Below are positions 1-14,171 of a stretch of 64,000 nucleotides of DNA, in pieces. The notes below the pieces were generated by a model, which did not search any database, was not told the origin of the DNA, and worked only from the letters and a program-made list of their open reading frames with translations. The stretch is from Octopus vulgaris (lineage: Eukaryota): positions 163,184,001 to 163,248,000 of the forward strand of contig OX597817.1 in NCBI GenBank assembly GCA_951406725.2, read 5' to 3'. Positions within the stretch are counted from its first letter, which is position 1; each line of letters begins with the position of its first letter. The translations under genes were made by a program, and so were the position numbers.

Positions 1-37
1 ACACTAGAATATATATGCAAATACACACGCACATACG

Positions 38-92
<55 letters not shown>

Positions 93-97
<5 letters not shown>

Positions 98-430
98 TAG
101 ATAAACTTAGATATGTTTCGTCCAAAGATTGGTCCAGGCCATGTCTAACTTAATAGCACCACCTGATAGGATTATCTAAATCCTGTTTAAGTCAAGTTTT
201 GTTTATGGTCTATTCAAGTAGTGAGTTCTTGTTGAGTGAGTTGTATCCAAGTATGGGTGGCTTATCCGGTATTCCTTGAAGAAATCTGTCCAGACTCCGT
301 TTAAAGGTGATGAGATCCTTTTCCTCTTTGATCTCTTTAGGGACAATGTTAAACAGGGTAGGGCCTGTTGAGGAAAAGAATTTATGTTGCAGTGTACTAT
401 ATGCTGCGATCCTGAATTGGGCAGGAGACG
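93..430 (-). mobile_element. 5'-truncated CR1/L2-type LINE 3' end inside (TA)n
   Basis: Minus-strand translation STLQHKFFSSTGPTLFNIVPKEIKEEKDLITFKRSLDRFLQGIPDKPPILGYNSLNKNSLLE* (stop 210-212) resembles a CR1/L2-type ORF2 C-terminus. The 3' tail is (ATCTAAGTTT)2 and (TA)n lies on both sides. Confidence 0.7.
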
Positions 431-448
431 TATATATATCTATATATC

Positions 449-556
<108 letters not shown>

Positions 557-848
557 TAATAATAAAGGGTGAAATTAATTAATTTGGAATAATTATCAAT
601 TACACCAAGTAGATTTCGGCATGTAAAAGCCCTATTCGAGGAAAATTTAAGTAATACTAAGTAATTAAGGGTTTAGCAACGAATTGCCTCACCAACACAC
701 CGAATTTAGAAATAGCAGTCAAAGAGATATAGCTATTCCTTCTACTAAAAGGGGGATCTCAGTAAAAACACAGCACTTGAAAGGCAAACACAGACAGGTA
801 AGAAAGAAAGAATGAAATGACGGCAATCTATCATACAATTTTAAGTTA

Positions 849-940
849 CCTACGGACGTACGTTTCGAAATCAAGTTTTAGGAAAGCATAAGAATTAGAA
901 AATTCTACCTTACCCAAACTTCTTTTCTCATCGGCGCAGG
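849..940 (-). ncRNA. Type I hammerhead ribozyme motif (left-arm copy)
   Basis: Mirror of 1080-1171; stem I is CCTGCG/CGTAGG with a G-U wobble. Confidence 0.7.
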
Positions 941-1079
941 ATACTACAATTATGAATAATTGTATATTAAATTTTGAGATACTAGAAGGCATTATCTCAA
1001 CTCAGTGTCAGACACTGAGTTGAGATAATGCCTTCTAGTATCTCAAAATTTAATATACAATTATTCATAATTGTAGTAT

Positions 1080-1171
1080 CCTACGCCGATGAGAAAAGAA
1101 GTTTGGGTAAGGTAGAATTTTCTAATTCTTATGCTTTCCTAAAACTTGATTTCGAAACGTACGTCCGTAGG
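1080..1171 (+). ncRNA. Type I hammerhead ribozyme motif
   Basis: Stem I CCTACG, core CCGATGA, long stem II (gaaa/tttc, aagttt/aaactt, agaatt/aattct), GAAA, palindromic stem III CGTACG, TC cleavage site, then CGTAGG closing stem I. Confidence 0.75.
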
Positions 1172-1362
1172 TAACTTAAAATTGTATGATAGATTGCCGT
1201 CATTTCATTCTTTCTTTCTTACCTGTCTGTGTTTGCCTTTCAAGTGCTGTGTTTTTACTGAGATCCCCCTTTTAGTAGAAGGAATAGCTATATCTCTTTG
1301 ACTGCTATTTCTAAATTCGGTGTGTTGGTGAGGCAATTCGTTGCTAAACCCTTAATTACTTA

Positions 1363-1433
<71 letters not shown>

Positions 1434-2383
1434 CAGAATACTGACGACCAACCATAAACTACCAGAGTATCTTCTGATATAATGCAGTATACAATTTTCA
1501 AAATGATAATATGAAACTTATGAACTTTAACGCAACAGAGTGATCGGTCCTGATCAAATTCAAACCAAAGTCCTGAGGGAATTCTATGTCATTTATTTCA
1601 CCTTTGCTTTTCTTGCGATACATTTCTAAATAAGTGTAAGATCGTCCCTGTGATATTGATACACAAGAAGGCATCTAGAGCCTATTTCTCAAAATACCAG
1701 ATCATACCATTATTCAGTATAATAAAAAAAACCGTAATGGAATCGACAGATAATAAATAACTGTGAGGCTACCTGCTGAAAAACTCATTTCTAGACGCTT
1801 TGGCTTTAGACCAAACAGTTATACATCAGATCTGTTATCTTTTTCTAGACATGACACAGATTAGCAGAATGTAGATCAAAATTCATGTAGCATAGCTCTG
1901 AACAAGTCTGGCCTCTGGATCCTGCACCAAGTTGAAATCCAACGGTGCAAGTGAATGATCCTGCAAAGTCGACTTTTTAGATTTATTTACTGCTCTGTCA
2001 TGCTTCAGTGAATTAGTTTCATACAGTTGAAACTTGGGCTGATTCTGTTCTCGATTTTTGTAATGAGCTGTAAGAACCCCCCCCCCCACACATGCACAAA
2101 AGGAACTGTTGTATCTCTACACCAGTGCTTTCATACTATTTGCACTGTTAATGTAAGCAAATAAAATTGACTCTGAAGCCTCCAACACAAATAAAGAATT
2201 TGTTACGAGGAAAACCTTGTCAGATGACTGGCGGTAGACATTTGAGAGACCGAAATGCAAAAGTCATAGTAGAGTACTCAGCGCTTTAAAAATAACAGAA
2301 AGCTATCAAGTCTGGAACTGCCATACCAGAATTGCAAGTTATCAGTAAGAGAAAAAATTAATTAAATAAAAATTAGACTAATA

Positions 2384-2787
2384 GGTGTAGGAGTGACTGT
2401 GAGGTAAGTAGCTTGCTTACGAACCACATGGTTCCGGGTTTAGTCCCACTGCGTGGTACCTTGGGCAAGTGTCTTCTACTATATCTTCGGGCCGACCAAA
2501 GCTTTGTGAGTGGATTTGATAGACGGAAACTGAAAGAAGCCCGTCGTATATATGCACATGTATGTTTGTGTATATGTTTGTGTGTCTGTGTTTGTCCCCC
2601 CCAACATCGCTTGACAACCAATACTGAAGTGTTTACGTCCCCGTAATTTAGCGGTTCGGCAAAAGAGCCTGATAGAATAAGTATTAGGCTTACAAAGAAT
2701 AAGTCCTGGGGTCGATTTCCTCGACTAAAGGCGGAGCTCCAGCATGACCACAGTCAAATGGCTGAAACAAGTAAAAGAGTAAAAGAG
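2384..2787 (+). mobile_element. tRNA-derived SINE family S1 (full length)
   Basis: A/B-box-like head, internal TA/TG microsatellite, 3' end ...ctgaaacaagtaaaagagtaaaagag; more than 12 copies in the window. Confidence 0.85.
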
Positions 2788-2809
2788 CGTAATATTCTGG
2801 ACGTAATCA

Positions 2810-3025
2810 GGGCTGCGAACTGACAGAATATTTAGCAAGCTGGATAAAATGCTTAGCGGCACTTCGTTCATTTTTGTGTTCTGAGTTCAAATTCCGCCGA
2901 GGTCGACTTTACCTCTCATCTCTTTCGGGGGTTGATAAAATAAGTACCAGTTGATCACTGGGGTCGATGTACTTGACTTATCCCCCTCGACGAAATTGCT
3001 GACCTTATGCCAAAATTTGAAACCA
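2810..3025 (+). mobile_element. SINE family S2
   Basis: Core gttctgagttcaaattccgccgaggtcgacttt...ggggttgataaaataagtaccag, flanked by an imperfect TSD (ttctggacgtaatc/ttctggatgtaacc). Confidence 0.8.
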
Positions 3026-3838
3026 ATCTTCTGGATGTAACCATAGCAATAAATCTGATAGGATCAGAGAATATTTATTCTTTATATATAACAAAATCTG
3101 TAGAGAAACTTGGACAACTATGAACAATAATGAACAAGATGGACATGGGGTCTACAAAAGCGCAAGGTCAATGACTTCATAATGCTCTACATAACAACTC
3201 TACTGAGCAGAAAAGAAACTGACACTATCACCTCAGACGATGGATTTGTGGCTGCCAAAAACTTTGCTATTAACAGTCTGCATCACAGGAGGTAGTTTAC
3301 TATAACAACAGGCTTCTATAAAACGCACGCAAACTGCAGCTTAGAGTTAAGCAGCAACTACAGTATGAAAGCCGTCGCTGTGCTATGAGTAGTATTTTCA
3401 CGTATCTACACGTCATCTCGCTGCTTGACGGCATAGTTTGCACTCTGGACAGGAGCTTTCTGTACTTGATTACTAATATATGAAATAAAAACCCGGAAAT
3501 TACAACCGGAACCTTCTTAGCGAACAGAATACAAGGTTTTGAAAATTCGAGTGCACAATGGACAACATCTTGTCATTCACACATTTGAAGATACAGCGGA
3601 ACTCTGATGAGGTAGTTAAACTCATCTTCAAGCTCATATTTCCAGCAAGAACTATTGATCATGGATATATATATATATATATATATAGTTAATCCAAACA
3701 TGAACAGAGAAAACACAACAACGCTAGGATGTGGAACACGTGTATAGTGTTATTGGTCGCTTAGGAAAGGAAAGAATATATATACTTAATAAAATTCAGA
3801 GATAAATTAAGACATCTACATCCCAACAAGGCCTAAAT

Positions 3839-3885
<47 letters not shown>

Positions 3886-3904
3886 TATATATATACGTAC
3901 ATAA

Positions 3905-3953
<49 letters not shown>

Positions 3954-4870
3954 TATACATACATAAATATATATTTATATATATATATATGCATATTACG
4001 TACACACATACACATATGTATGTATATGTATGTGTGTGTGTTTATATGAATGGGTAAATATCAATAACACGTTCATGAAATTTCATATTTGTGGTGTGTG
4101 TGAGTGCATACACACACAAATACGCACACACACACATATACCTCCCCCCCCCCCCGCACACACACGCACTGGTGTTTTTGCCGAGTTGTCGAGATACCTA
4201 CACTACCGCTGATAAAAACGCATAAATCACAACGGACTCATTCACTAGAGTTCAGCGAGTGGAAGGTGATTCGCTTTTTTTGATAAATTGTAAGCAACAT
4301 TATTTTAAGAACTGCTACACATTCCTCACATATGAACTGAATCTGGAAAATTAGGTTCCCCTGATACATAAAAACTATTAAAGTGATGCTATAGATATGA
4401 ATCCATAACATATCAGCTGATAATTAAGTGGGTGTTAACATACTTAATGTAGTGAGGTAGATAATTTTTATTTACTAATATTACAGCCATAGTGAAGAGA
4501 AAAAATATAACCTATTGACTTAATGATAAATTCTTATCAATAAATACGAGATAACTCCAGAATTCGAATTAATTAAAATTAATTTAGAAATTAATAAAAA
4601 TTCAAATGGTATGCAAAGAGGAGTGATAGAGTCTCGTGAGAATGCTGGATATTTCGGTCTTCGCAGATCTCTTTAGGGAAGCATAGTTTTCTTAGTAGCA
4701 GCAACTGGTTGTGATGCATCTCTCGGTGCAGACACATTTCCTCAGGTGATGTTAATAAGAGTATCTCGTAAAATAAACTCGGTTTCGTTCGGTTTTAATG
4801 CAGCATATTGTTCGTGACTGTATGCTTCATCGGTTTACTACAAGGTACACACCCAACACTTCAATATTTA

Positions 4871-5010
<140 letters not shown>

Positions 5011-5887
5011 TCCATGTAGTTTCATGGGCAAAAAAAAATGTTCAACTTCTTGCCTAGAGCGAGCCCATAGCAATATCATATCTTCTCCACTATTTCAGTA
5101 TTACGTGTTAAAAGTGAAACAAAAACATTTCTCTATTTTATGTCAGATACTTTCACTTTAACAATAAAAATAATAATAACAATTGCATTATATGTAGTAA
5201 GTAATAATTAAAATCAAACTAAAGTATAATATAATCGTAACATAACAAAAGTAAAAATAGCAATTGGTATAAAATTGCATCAATGACTTGAACTTGAATA
5301 AGTGGTTTCACATGAATGAGAATAAATTAAAAATAAAATTAGCGTGTAGAATTGGAATAGTCCAGATGGATAATAAAAAATTAAATTAAAGAAAAGACTA
5401 TTGTCTATAAAGTATACAATGTAGAGAAAAAAGATTTGAACACATGGAAGAAAGCACCTGCGAAAAGTGTCTTGGTGCGACTATGAAAGATATCTAATCA
5501 GAGGCGGTAAATTCGCCACAATAGAAGCAAGGTTCGAGTCAACGGAGCGTGCAAGGGAGTACTCGACTCGAACTTGCAAAGTGGAAATATTTTATTTTTA
5601 TCTTTATATCTGGGACGTAGGACGTGCCGGATAAAAATTAAAAATGCCACCCACCAGAAGTAGAGGTAGGCTGGATTGTAGCCACACTTCTATACAAGAA
5701 GGAGGACAAGATACAATTGATCGAAATTACAAGAGACGGGCTAACAATTCCAGTCTGCTATATATTTTGAGTATTGTTATCACTAGCGAAATCAAGATAT
5801 AACTTTGTATTTTGTATTTTATGTGTAGATGTATATATATAGATGTACATGTAATATATACACATATATATACACATATATACATGC

Positions 5888-5929
5888 ACTAGCACTATGA
5901 CCCGGCAACGACGGGTCTTTAATGCTAGT
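5888..5929. repeat. Short palindrome made of Helitron-type 3' termini
   Basis: actagcactatgacccg-gcaacga-cgggtctttaatgctagt, with CTAG at both ends, in TA-rich DNA. Confidence 0.5.
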
Positions 5930-6142
5930 ATATATATGTAGATGAAAATTGGTTAGGCGTCTATATAAATCAAAAATTATAGTTTAAAAATGTAAAGTTG
6001 GAAAAGGTACAGAAGTATATTTTACATCGAAACCGGTTATATTTCAGTAAACATTCTTTAAAATATACTCATGTGTCTTTTCCAACTTTATTTACTTTTT
6101 AAAACTATGTATGTATGTATGTGTGTGTGTGTATTCTGTTCC

Positions 6143-6575
6143 TGACAGCAATCTGATGAAATTCCACCAAACAGCTGATCATGTGGGTGGAAACTGACTG
6201 TACTCTGGAAAAACACATGGAGAAGACTCATGCGAAGAAGCTCGCCAAATACCAGGAACTGGCAGAGCTGTGAAGAAATCACGGCTTGTAGGCCTGTTGC
6301 GAGGCAATTGAAGTGGAGTGTTTATTCTGCAAATGTTCTGCCTGGGATAGGAGTTACAGGTGTAAAAAAAGAGGTGGGTCATAAATTCACTCATTGAAAC
6401 TTTGGATAAAGAGAGCAGACTAGTTGTTTGCTGTTACTTTACTGGGATGCAAGCTAGGATTTGGTCAACCCCAGCTGGGTCGACTGGGTGGTGGTGGGGG
6501 GGAAGAGGCAATCAGATGCTAAACGACTCGAAACTCACTAAGATTACAAAAACATCACCGACCATGTATCTCAGA
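6143..6575 (+). mobile_element. Decayed HERO/R2-like (RLE-type) non-LTR retrotransposon 3' end
   Basis: Fragmentary translation LTVLW...KKLAKYQELAEL*RNHGL*ACCEAIEV...GVTGVKK matches the recalled HERO endonuclease pattern ELTVPWE..K.AKY.EL...GW...C.PIEVG. Stops and frameshifts are present. Confidence 0.6.
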
Positions 6576-6930
6576 AAATCCGTGAGATGTACCGTGGAAC
6601 TATACATACATACATACATACATACATACATACATACATACATACATACATACATACGTACATACGTACATACATACATACATACATACATACATACATA
6701 CATACATACATACATACATACATACATACATACATACATACACAGGTTATTTCGTACGTTACAAGTGCAATCTGTGAGTTGAACAGAAAACACATGCAAG
6801 ACTTTTCTGAAGTTCCAAATGTTAATTTGTCTGTGTTAACTACATCCCAGAGATGGAATCTTGTATCTTTATTGGAAACCGGCTCCCTCCTCAATGGAAG
6901 ATCTATTATAATTAAAAAATAGAAGAGATA

Positions 6931-7015
<85 letters not shown>

Positions 7016-7034
7016 ATGCGTGCATGTGTATACA

Positions 7035-7196
7035 CAAGTAAGTACGGAAATGCAAGACAAGGTGGAAAAAATAGTACTCGAATACCAAAGATACGGTAAT
7101 ATAATTCTTATTAAAGCCCCCCAAAAATTCTTCACAAACTGATACTTAGAGTCATTGTTCGTCGGACAATTTGATCACAACTGTCCGACGAACGGT
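7035..7196 (-). mobile_element. Penelope-like end fragment with short fold-back and broken hammerhead
   Basis: Tail ggtattcgagtactattttttccaccttg matches 16815-16846. Inverted repeat gttcgtcggaca/tgtccgacgaac. Sits between (TG)n and (CA)n. Confidence 0.5.
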
Positions 7197-7207
7197 AAAA
7201 AACACAC

Positions 7208-7259
<52 letters not shown>

Positions 7260-7396
7260 GTATATATTCATATATATTCGTTAGTTTGTTGACCCATTGC
7301 TTATTGTTTCAAATATTATTGGATCCTGTCTCGTTTCTTGGAATTCTCAAAGAAATAGATTCAACATGGGATTGTTCATATATATATGTGTGTGTG

Positions 7397-7436
<40 letters not shown>

Positions 7437-7440
<4 letters not shown>

Positions 7441-7640
7441 CAATGGCTCAGTGGTTAGGGCAGCGGACTCGCGGTCGTAGGATCGCGGTTTCGATTGTCA
7501 GACCGGCAGGGGTGGCGGAGATCTCTGCTGTACTCTTTCGCAGCAACTTTTTCTCACTCTTTCTCCTGTTGGCTAAAATAATGCGAAGCGCATTGTGACC
7601 AGCGATGTGCAGCAAAATCTGATAGCCTAGTCGGTCACGT
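7437..7640 (+). mobile_element. tRNA-derived SINE family S3
   Basis: tRNA-like head ggcgcaatggctcagtggttagggcagcggactcgcggtcgtaggatcgcggtttcgatt; further copies at 32490, 34062 and 45955. Confidence 0.8.
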
Positions 7641-8119
7641 GGTATATATGTATGTATGTGTGTGTGTGTGTACGTATGCATATGTGTGTAGGTGTGTGTG
7701 TGTGTGTATGTATAGTTTGAGGAAGTCGGAAGGATAATAAAAGGAGATATAAATGTAGTGAGACAGTAGTTTAGATGCTAATGTACAGCTATTTAGAATA
7801 CTGAGTGCGCAAGTGTTGCTTTCTGCGCTCCAGGAATTGCATCACCTGTGAAATTAGCTGCTAAAACTTCCAGCCTCCTGTCGCAAAACAATATTTGTCT
7901 ACGTCTGTCTTCCATCTGCTTCATGCTCCAAGTCTAAAATAAATTACATAAAAGAGGGGATTTAGTATATCTCGTGGCATCCAGTCAGCTCTCTACTGAC
8001 TATTTCATTGATCAGAATATCTCGTCTAATAATATATGCGATCTGTGAGAGTACATTTTCTGTCTCACTGTTTATTCCGTTGGCCGAATCGTTGTTTTGT
8101 CTGACATTGAAGGTCTAAC

Positions 8120-8538
8120 ACCTATTTCTTTATTACCCACAAGGGGCAAAACATAGAGGGGACAAACAAGGACAGACATAGGTATTAAGTCGATTATATC
8201 GACCCCAGTGCGTAACTGGTACTTATTTAATCGACCCCGAAAGGATGAAAGGCAAAGTCGACCTCGGCGGAATTTGAACTCACAACGCAGCGGCAGACGA
8301 AATACCTATTTCTTTACTGCCCACGAGGGGCTAAACATAGAGGGGACAAACAAGGACAGACAAACGGATTAAGTCGATTATATCGACCCCCAGTGCGTAA
8401 CTGGTACTTGTTTAATCGATCCCGAAAGGATGAAAGGCAAAGTCGAACACGGCGGAATTTGAACTCAGAACGTAACGGCAGACGAAATACCGCTAAGCAT
8501 TTCGCCTGGCGCGCTAACGTTTCTGCCAGCTCGCCGCC
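8120..8538 (-). mobile_element. SINE S2 with dimeric body
   Basis: Two tandem ~185-bp body units behind one head. Confidence 0.85.
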
Positions 8539-11299
8539 TACCGTTGGCCAAACCTACAGGTCCAGTTTCTCCTCCTTTCTTTTCACTCTACTCTTCGTGA
8601 TGCTCTCATACTTTCCCTTTCCTCTTGCTCTCCTCCTCTTCTCCGTTTCCTATTCCCTTCCTTCCTCCTTCAACTTCTATTGATGAAATGGCCGATGAAA
8701 AGAGGCGGAGTTCGGTAGGCGAATGCTAAGATCCAGAACAAACACCGGAGGTCGCCTTATTTGAATTTTTAACAATTCCGCCGACCCACCGTCCTGGAAA
8801 TGCTGGTTTATTTATTGACCCTGAAAAGAGGGAAAATAAAGTTGACCTCGGCGATATTTGAAGTCAGAAAACAGCGAACCGGATAAAAAATACCGTGAGG
8901 CATCTCATCCTATACCCTTACGACTTCAATTCACCATCATTGTTGTATGAATGTTTATGTGTATGTGTGCAATGAGTGAGTAATTCTGTACATGGGTCTG
9001 GATGCGCGTACGAATATCCACGCGCGCGTGAGTGCGTGCATGTATGTGTGTTGAAGGTGGCGGTATGAAGAGAAGGAGGATCACTGATTGAAACGTAGCA
9101 CTTTCCTACTTTTATTTTGTAAGATTTATTGAGTGATAATGATTAAAAAAAAAAACAAAAGAAAAGCTAACTTACAGTGACAACATTAATAGAACTTTTA
9201 GTATCGTTTTCAGATTTACTTTTACACAAAGAGAAAGAGATGAAGAGAAGAGTGAGAGAAGAGAGGTAGGAGGGTAGGGGGAGAAGGAGAAGGTAGGAAG
9301 AGAGGAGTATAAAGGGAGGAGAAGAATAATGTGACAGCCATAGTAAATACTAAAAAGAATATTATAAACTACGCTATGGAAATCACAAATTCGAGATAGA
9401 AAAGGACTTGACTGATTAAATAAAGAGAGATGAACCCAGAAGGGAAAAACAATACATATGGCTCCCCCTTGTTTTTAAAACGCTTAAGAATGGTAAGAAG
9501 AAGGGAAGAACTTGTTCTCAAACCAGAGACCTATCCCGGATGCTTGCAACAGAATGAATTTCGTTAAAGGCACTCAAGGACCATGTATGGGTATTAAATC
9601 GTACGATGGTTTATGTCCATATTATGTCGCACGTTCGGATAACCTCCACTACTGAACTCGACTCTGTTCGACTCTACCGACTGCTACTCAACTGTGCTCT
9701 AGTCTGAACTCTGACGTCTAGGCTTCTCCCACTATATCTACGTATTGGGATTGTCTACTTCAACGCCTGGGGGCGTCCACTACCCCAAAACTCAGAACAT
9801 ACGCATAACCGTGCGAAATATCGCAGGGTAACATCTCACCCGATGCTCTGACAGTTCCGCCAATTTGCCTTTGGACCAATACCATATTTTATCGCCCGCC
9901 TTCTCCCGAAGGATGAAAAGCAAAACTGACATCTGCAGGATTTGAAATCTAACAGCAGGAACAATTACAGCAAAATATCTTGTTCTCCGCACTAATGACT
10001 CAGCCACTTCGCCAAGATTATGTCGTAGCTATAATAATATAATCATGAAATTATGCGTGCCATGCAAAATAATGATAAAAGTCTACATGTGCCTCATGGG
10101 CTGCATATGAGCCATGCTTGATGTATATCATGACAGGTTGTAAGGTGTAGCAATAAAGCCATAAAACACGAGATTTTATCTACGCCTTTAGCACCGACGT
10201 TTTATGGATCTATATACGCTTGATTTATTTACATACACAATATTACTTCACCAGAAACCGATGAATGTCCATAGATAAGAAATACATACATACACACACA
10301 TATGTTGTAGTTTCATATAAATGTAGTAGTATAGAATAATCGCATAATTATATATATTAACAAAATCTACATATATTTGTATTTGTGTGTGTTTATGTGT
10401 GTGTGCGAATGAGCATTATCTTTACAACCTAGATAGATGGCAACTGTAATCATGCACAGATTCTAATCTACTCACAATAAATTCATCTACAGTGGGAAAA
10501 GGAAAGAGTAAGAGGAAAATGTGAAAGATATTTTTTTTTAACTAAACCCTATTAATTATTCATTTTCGACTTTGTAAGCGAAAAATTTTGCATCTCGCTG
10601 ACAAAAAGGGAAAGAAAACCAAACCAAACTTGTATCTGATTTTCGATATTTAGTTTTTGTCCCTGCTTTGGGAGAATCCAGTCAGAATAATCTTGTTGTT
10701 AACTAATCACACGATGTAGTTATCGATCTAGGAATACATGAATGAAAACGAAAGACGGAAGCAGAAAGCTATAAAACATCTGTTGTTACCGGAAATTCTT
10801 TGGCTTTCGTTTCAGATGACACTGGAGACAATAGCAACATAAAGAACAATAAGGATGATGAAGACAATACAAGCAATAGCTGCTATGAAAGTAGTGATAA
10901 AATAATTTGGATAATTACAGTATCACAAATATGTCCTGAGATTTGAGACAACTGTATCAGAATTTATATTATGTAGCGATAACAATATCAAGAGCAGTAA
11001 CAGAACCAGTAAGAAATAAATTTCTTTATTAGCCGCAAGGGTTAATAAAAGATATAACAAATTGTAGAAAGAAATGATAAACGGATAGAGTGGAGGCTGA
11101 CAAAGACGTGTATGTCAAGGAAAAACAAGTTATATAAAGACAAAGAAATCAGTGAAAGATAGATATTCTCTTTCTCCGAATGCTATGTGACTGGCGTTAG
11201 AGATCGTGGAGCTGCAGGTCATTGTCTTAAGATTGATGATTTATTTTTCTTGGGAAAGATACAGCAGTAACTCTTTCTTGGTTTCTGCCGGTTTATTAA

Positions 11300-11664
11300 C
11301 TTTATTTTACTTGTTTCAGTCATTATACCGCGGCCATGCTAGGTCACCGTCTTGAAGAATCTTTTAGTCTAATGTATCGATCCCAGTACTTATCTTTTTT
11401 TAAAGCGTTGTACTTATTCTATCGGTCTCTTTTGCCGAATCGCTTACGGGCATGTAAACACACCAACACCGGTTGTCAAGTGGTGGTGGGGACAAACACA
11501 GGTACACCCACACCCACACCACACACACACACACATGATAGGCTTCTTTCAGTTTCCGTCTACCAAATACACTCACAAGGCTTTGGCCGGCCCGAGGTTA
11601 TGGTACTACGCTGTGGAAGCGACCCGGAACCATGAAATGGGAAGCAAGCTTCTTACCATATCGC
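11300..11664 (-). mobile_element. SINE S1
   Basis: Reverse-complement match to 2384-2787, with an internal deletion. Confidence 0.8.
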
Positions 11665-11795
11665 TTAGTTTTAGTTTACCCTGTGTGTGTGCGAGTGCGT
11701 GACAACTTCAACAACAACGTTTCTTCGAAGTAATTTCACAAATTGCCCAAAAGTATATATCAGGATTTACAAATGCAAATACCAAAACAGCATAT

Positions 11796-12150
11796 CTTTA
11801 CCTTTTACTCGTTTCAGTCATTAGACTGCGGCCAGGCTGGGGCAGCTCCTCAAAGGATTTTAGTCGAACGAATCAACCCCACTGCTTATTTTATATTTTA
11901 CGCTTGGTATTTAGTCTATCGGTCTATTTTGCCGAACTGTTGTGTCACGGGGACCAGAACACACCAACATCGGATGTCAAGGGAAGGTGCTGGTGCTGGT
12001 GGAGGGGCAAATACACACTCTCAGACACACACGTGCATATATTTATACAGCGGACTTCTTTTAGTTTCCGTTTGCCAAATCCACTCACAAGGCCTTGGTT
12101 GACCTGCGGCTACAGTTGAAGACATTTGCCCAAAGTGCCATGCAGTGAAA
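11796..12150 (-). mobile_element. SINE S1 (diverged, head missing)
   Basis: Reverse-complement match to the S1 body and tail. Confidence 0.75.
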
Positions 12151-12296
12151 CCTTGCCCCCCCCCCCCACAGAGCGACTTCTGCGCCTTTGTGAGAAAAAC
12201 AACAACAAAAAAACAAAACAAAAACAAAACTACAAGCATGTCACTTTGATGGCATGCATTGTTCTATCACTTAATAATAACAACAACAACAACAAC

Positions 12297-12354
<58 letters not shown>

Positions 12355-12355
<1 letters not shown>

Positions 12356-12492
12356 GGCACTGCACACATCCTACGCAGAACACTTTCCATACAATAACCA
12401 TCAGAGCATCACAACAAATCACAGCACATACCCAAGGCATACAGAGCTGCGCTCGGGAGTGAAGTGAAAGCACGATATAAAAAAATATACTA

Positions 12493-12495
<3 letters not shown>
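12355..12495 (+). mobile_element. Dong/R4 family A, extreme 3' fragment in (AAT)n
   Basis: Near-identical to the 3' end of the 55029-55632 copy; (AAT)n on both sides. Confidence 0.9.
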
Positions 12496-12575
<80 letters not shown>

Positions 12576-12620
12576 GATATAGCATGCCCAGCTAACAACA
12601 ATGTGTACGATAAGGAAGAA
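12576..12620 (+). mobile_element. Possible small RLE fragment of another Dong/R4 family
   Basis: DIACPANNNVYDKEE directly after (AAT)n parallels DVSVPADDNVSLKEME of family A. Confidence 0.4.
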
Positions 12621-12966
12621 ACTAGTGAGTACGAAAAGGAAGAAACTAGTGAATAGTCCGGCAAAAAGACACCGTAAAATAATAGGTACCAAACTTAAAA
12701 CGTGTATTGGCGTCGGGTTTATCGAATCCACAGAAAAGCCTCAATCCAATGACTGAAAGAAGTGGAAACGTCAAGAAAAAAAAAAAAAGAAAATGAACGA
12801 ATTACAAGACTTATTTCGGTATTATTATTACCTCATCAAGAAAGCATAGACATTAATGTACCTTCTTCAATAGTACTGAGGAAGTCACAAACTAAATATA
12901 AGAAGATGGTACAGTGGTTGACAAAGAGAAATAGAACTGAAAATACGTTGAAGCAGTTTTCAACGC

Positions 12967-13043
12967 AGATAATGTTTCTATTTTAGATAATGTTTCTATT
13001 TTAGATAATGTTACTATTTCAGATAATGTTTCTATTTTAGATA
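12967..13043 (+). repeat. 18-bp minisatellite, about 4.3 copies
   Basis: (agataatgtttctatttt)n. Confidence 0.9.
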
Positions 13044-13508
13044 GTTTTATGTCATTGTAAGAAAAGCTGGGAAAATAGTCTCTATTTATTCTTACAGTCT
13101 TGAAATCGATATCAATATTGCACTGATGGTCGGAATGATTGCTGGCGTACAATTATTGGGAGAGATACTATAATAGTTTTAGTTAACTATTGTCATCGTA
13201 TAACAGTGGTAAGTGATACTAAGATAGATTCAGCAATCCTTCCGTCTCGCTTTTATTGCTACATTAAAATTTCAGAAAGGGAATACATACGTGCATACAT
13301 ACATTCATACATGCACACACACAACACATATATTTATACACACATATATATTTAAATACATGTATATATGTGTGTATGTATTTGTATATGTGAATTATGT
13401 ACATATACATATGTACATACACACTCACATATATGCACACTACACACAAACATGTATATACAAGTATATAGATATGTATAAATGCATGCATCTATGTAGT
13501 ATATATAC

Positions 13509-13552
<44 letters not shown>

Positions 13553-13616
13553 CGGTGCTCCAGCATGGGCGCAGTCAAATGACTGAAACAAGTAAAAAAG
13601 TAAAAGAATACAATAG

Positions 13617-13658
<42 letters not shown>

Positions 13659-14171
13659 TATATATATATGTATATATCTATACACGCACATACACACATG
13701 AGTATGGAGTATCTTTTATCATAGATCTATTGTCAAGGGTGGCGGAGGTTTTAAGCAACAACAGCAATAGCAACAAGTGTAATGACATCTATAGCAACCA
13801 ACAACAAGTTAACAGTAACAACAATATATAAGTGACTCACAAACAAAGGGGAACAAGAATCGAAACTCGATCCTCTCATTTCATATAGTCATTGTAAGTG
13901 CCAGGTTGTGTCCTCTATCCCTGGAATCCCGACCTGGCAGAGACAGCAGTCAAATTTTCACCTCGAATTACACCCTATCTGCATTGAAAAATGAAAATAA
14001 AATAAAGCAGTAAAGGAAAGAAAGAGAATGGCAGTCGCATACTTTTCATCGTGAGTCTTCTCTACATCAGAGACTCAACCATTTTTGCCGATGGTCTCCT
14101 TTGATTTCTGTTTTACTCGGATGGATCCTCAAAGCCATTTTGATGTTTAAGAAAAGTATCATTGTATATTT

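Noticed and set aside
5440-5740. Possible LINE ORF1 remnant
   Set aside because: Only vague peptide resemblance; too decayed to assign without a search.
7437-7510. tRNA gene calls for SINE heads (also 16337, 28511, 34062)
   Set aside because: The tRNA-like heads continue into multi-copy SINE bodies and lack a proper acceptor stem and terminator.
9520-9785. Possible solo LTR
   Set aside because: No clear TG...CA ends, TSD or second copy.
12750-12775. ctgaaag...gaaacgtc hammerhead-like string
   Set aside because: No stem I or stem II pairing.
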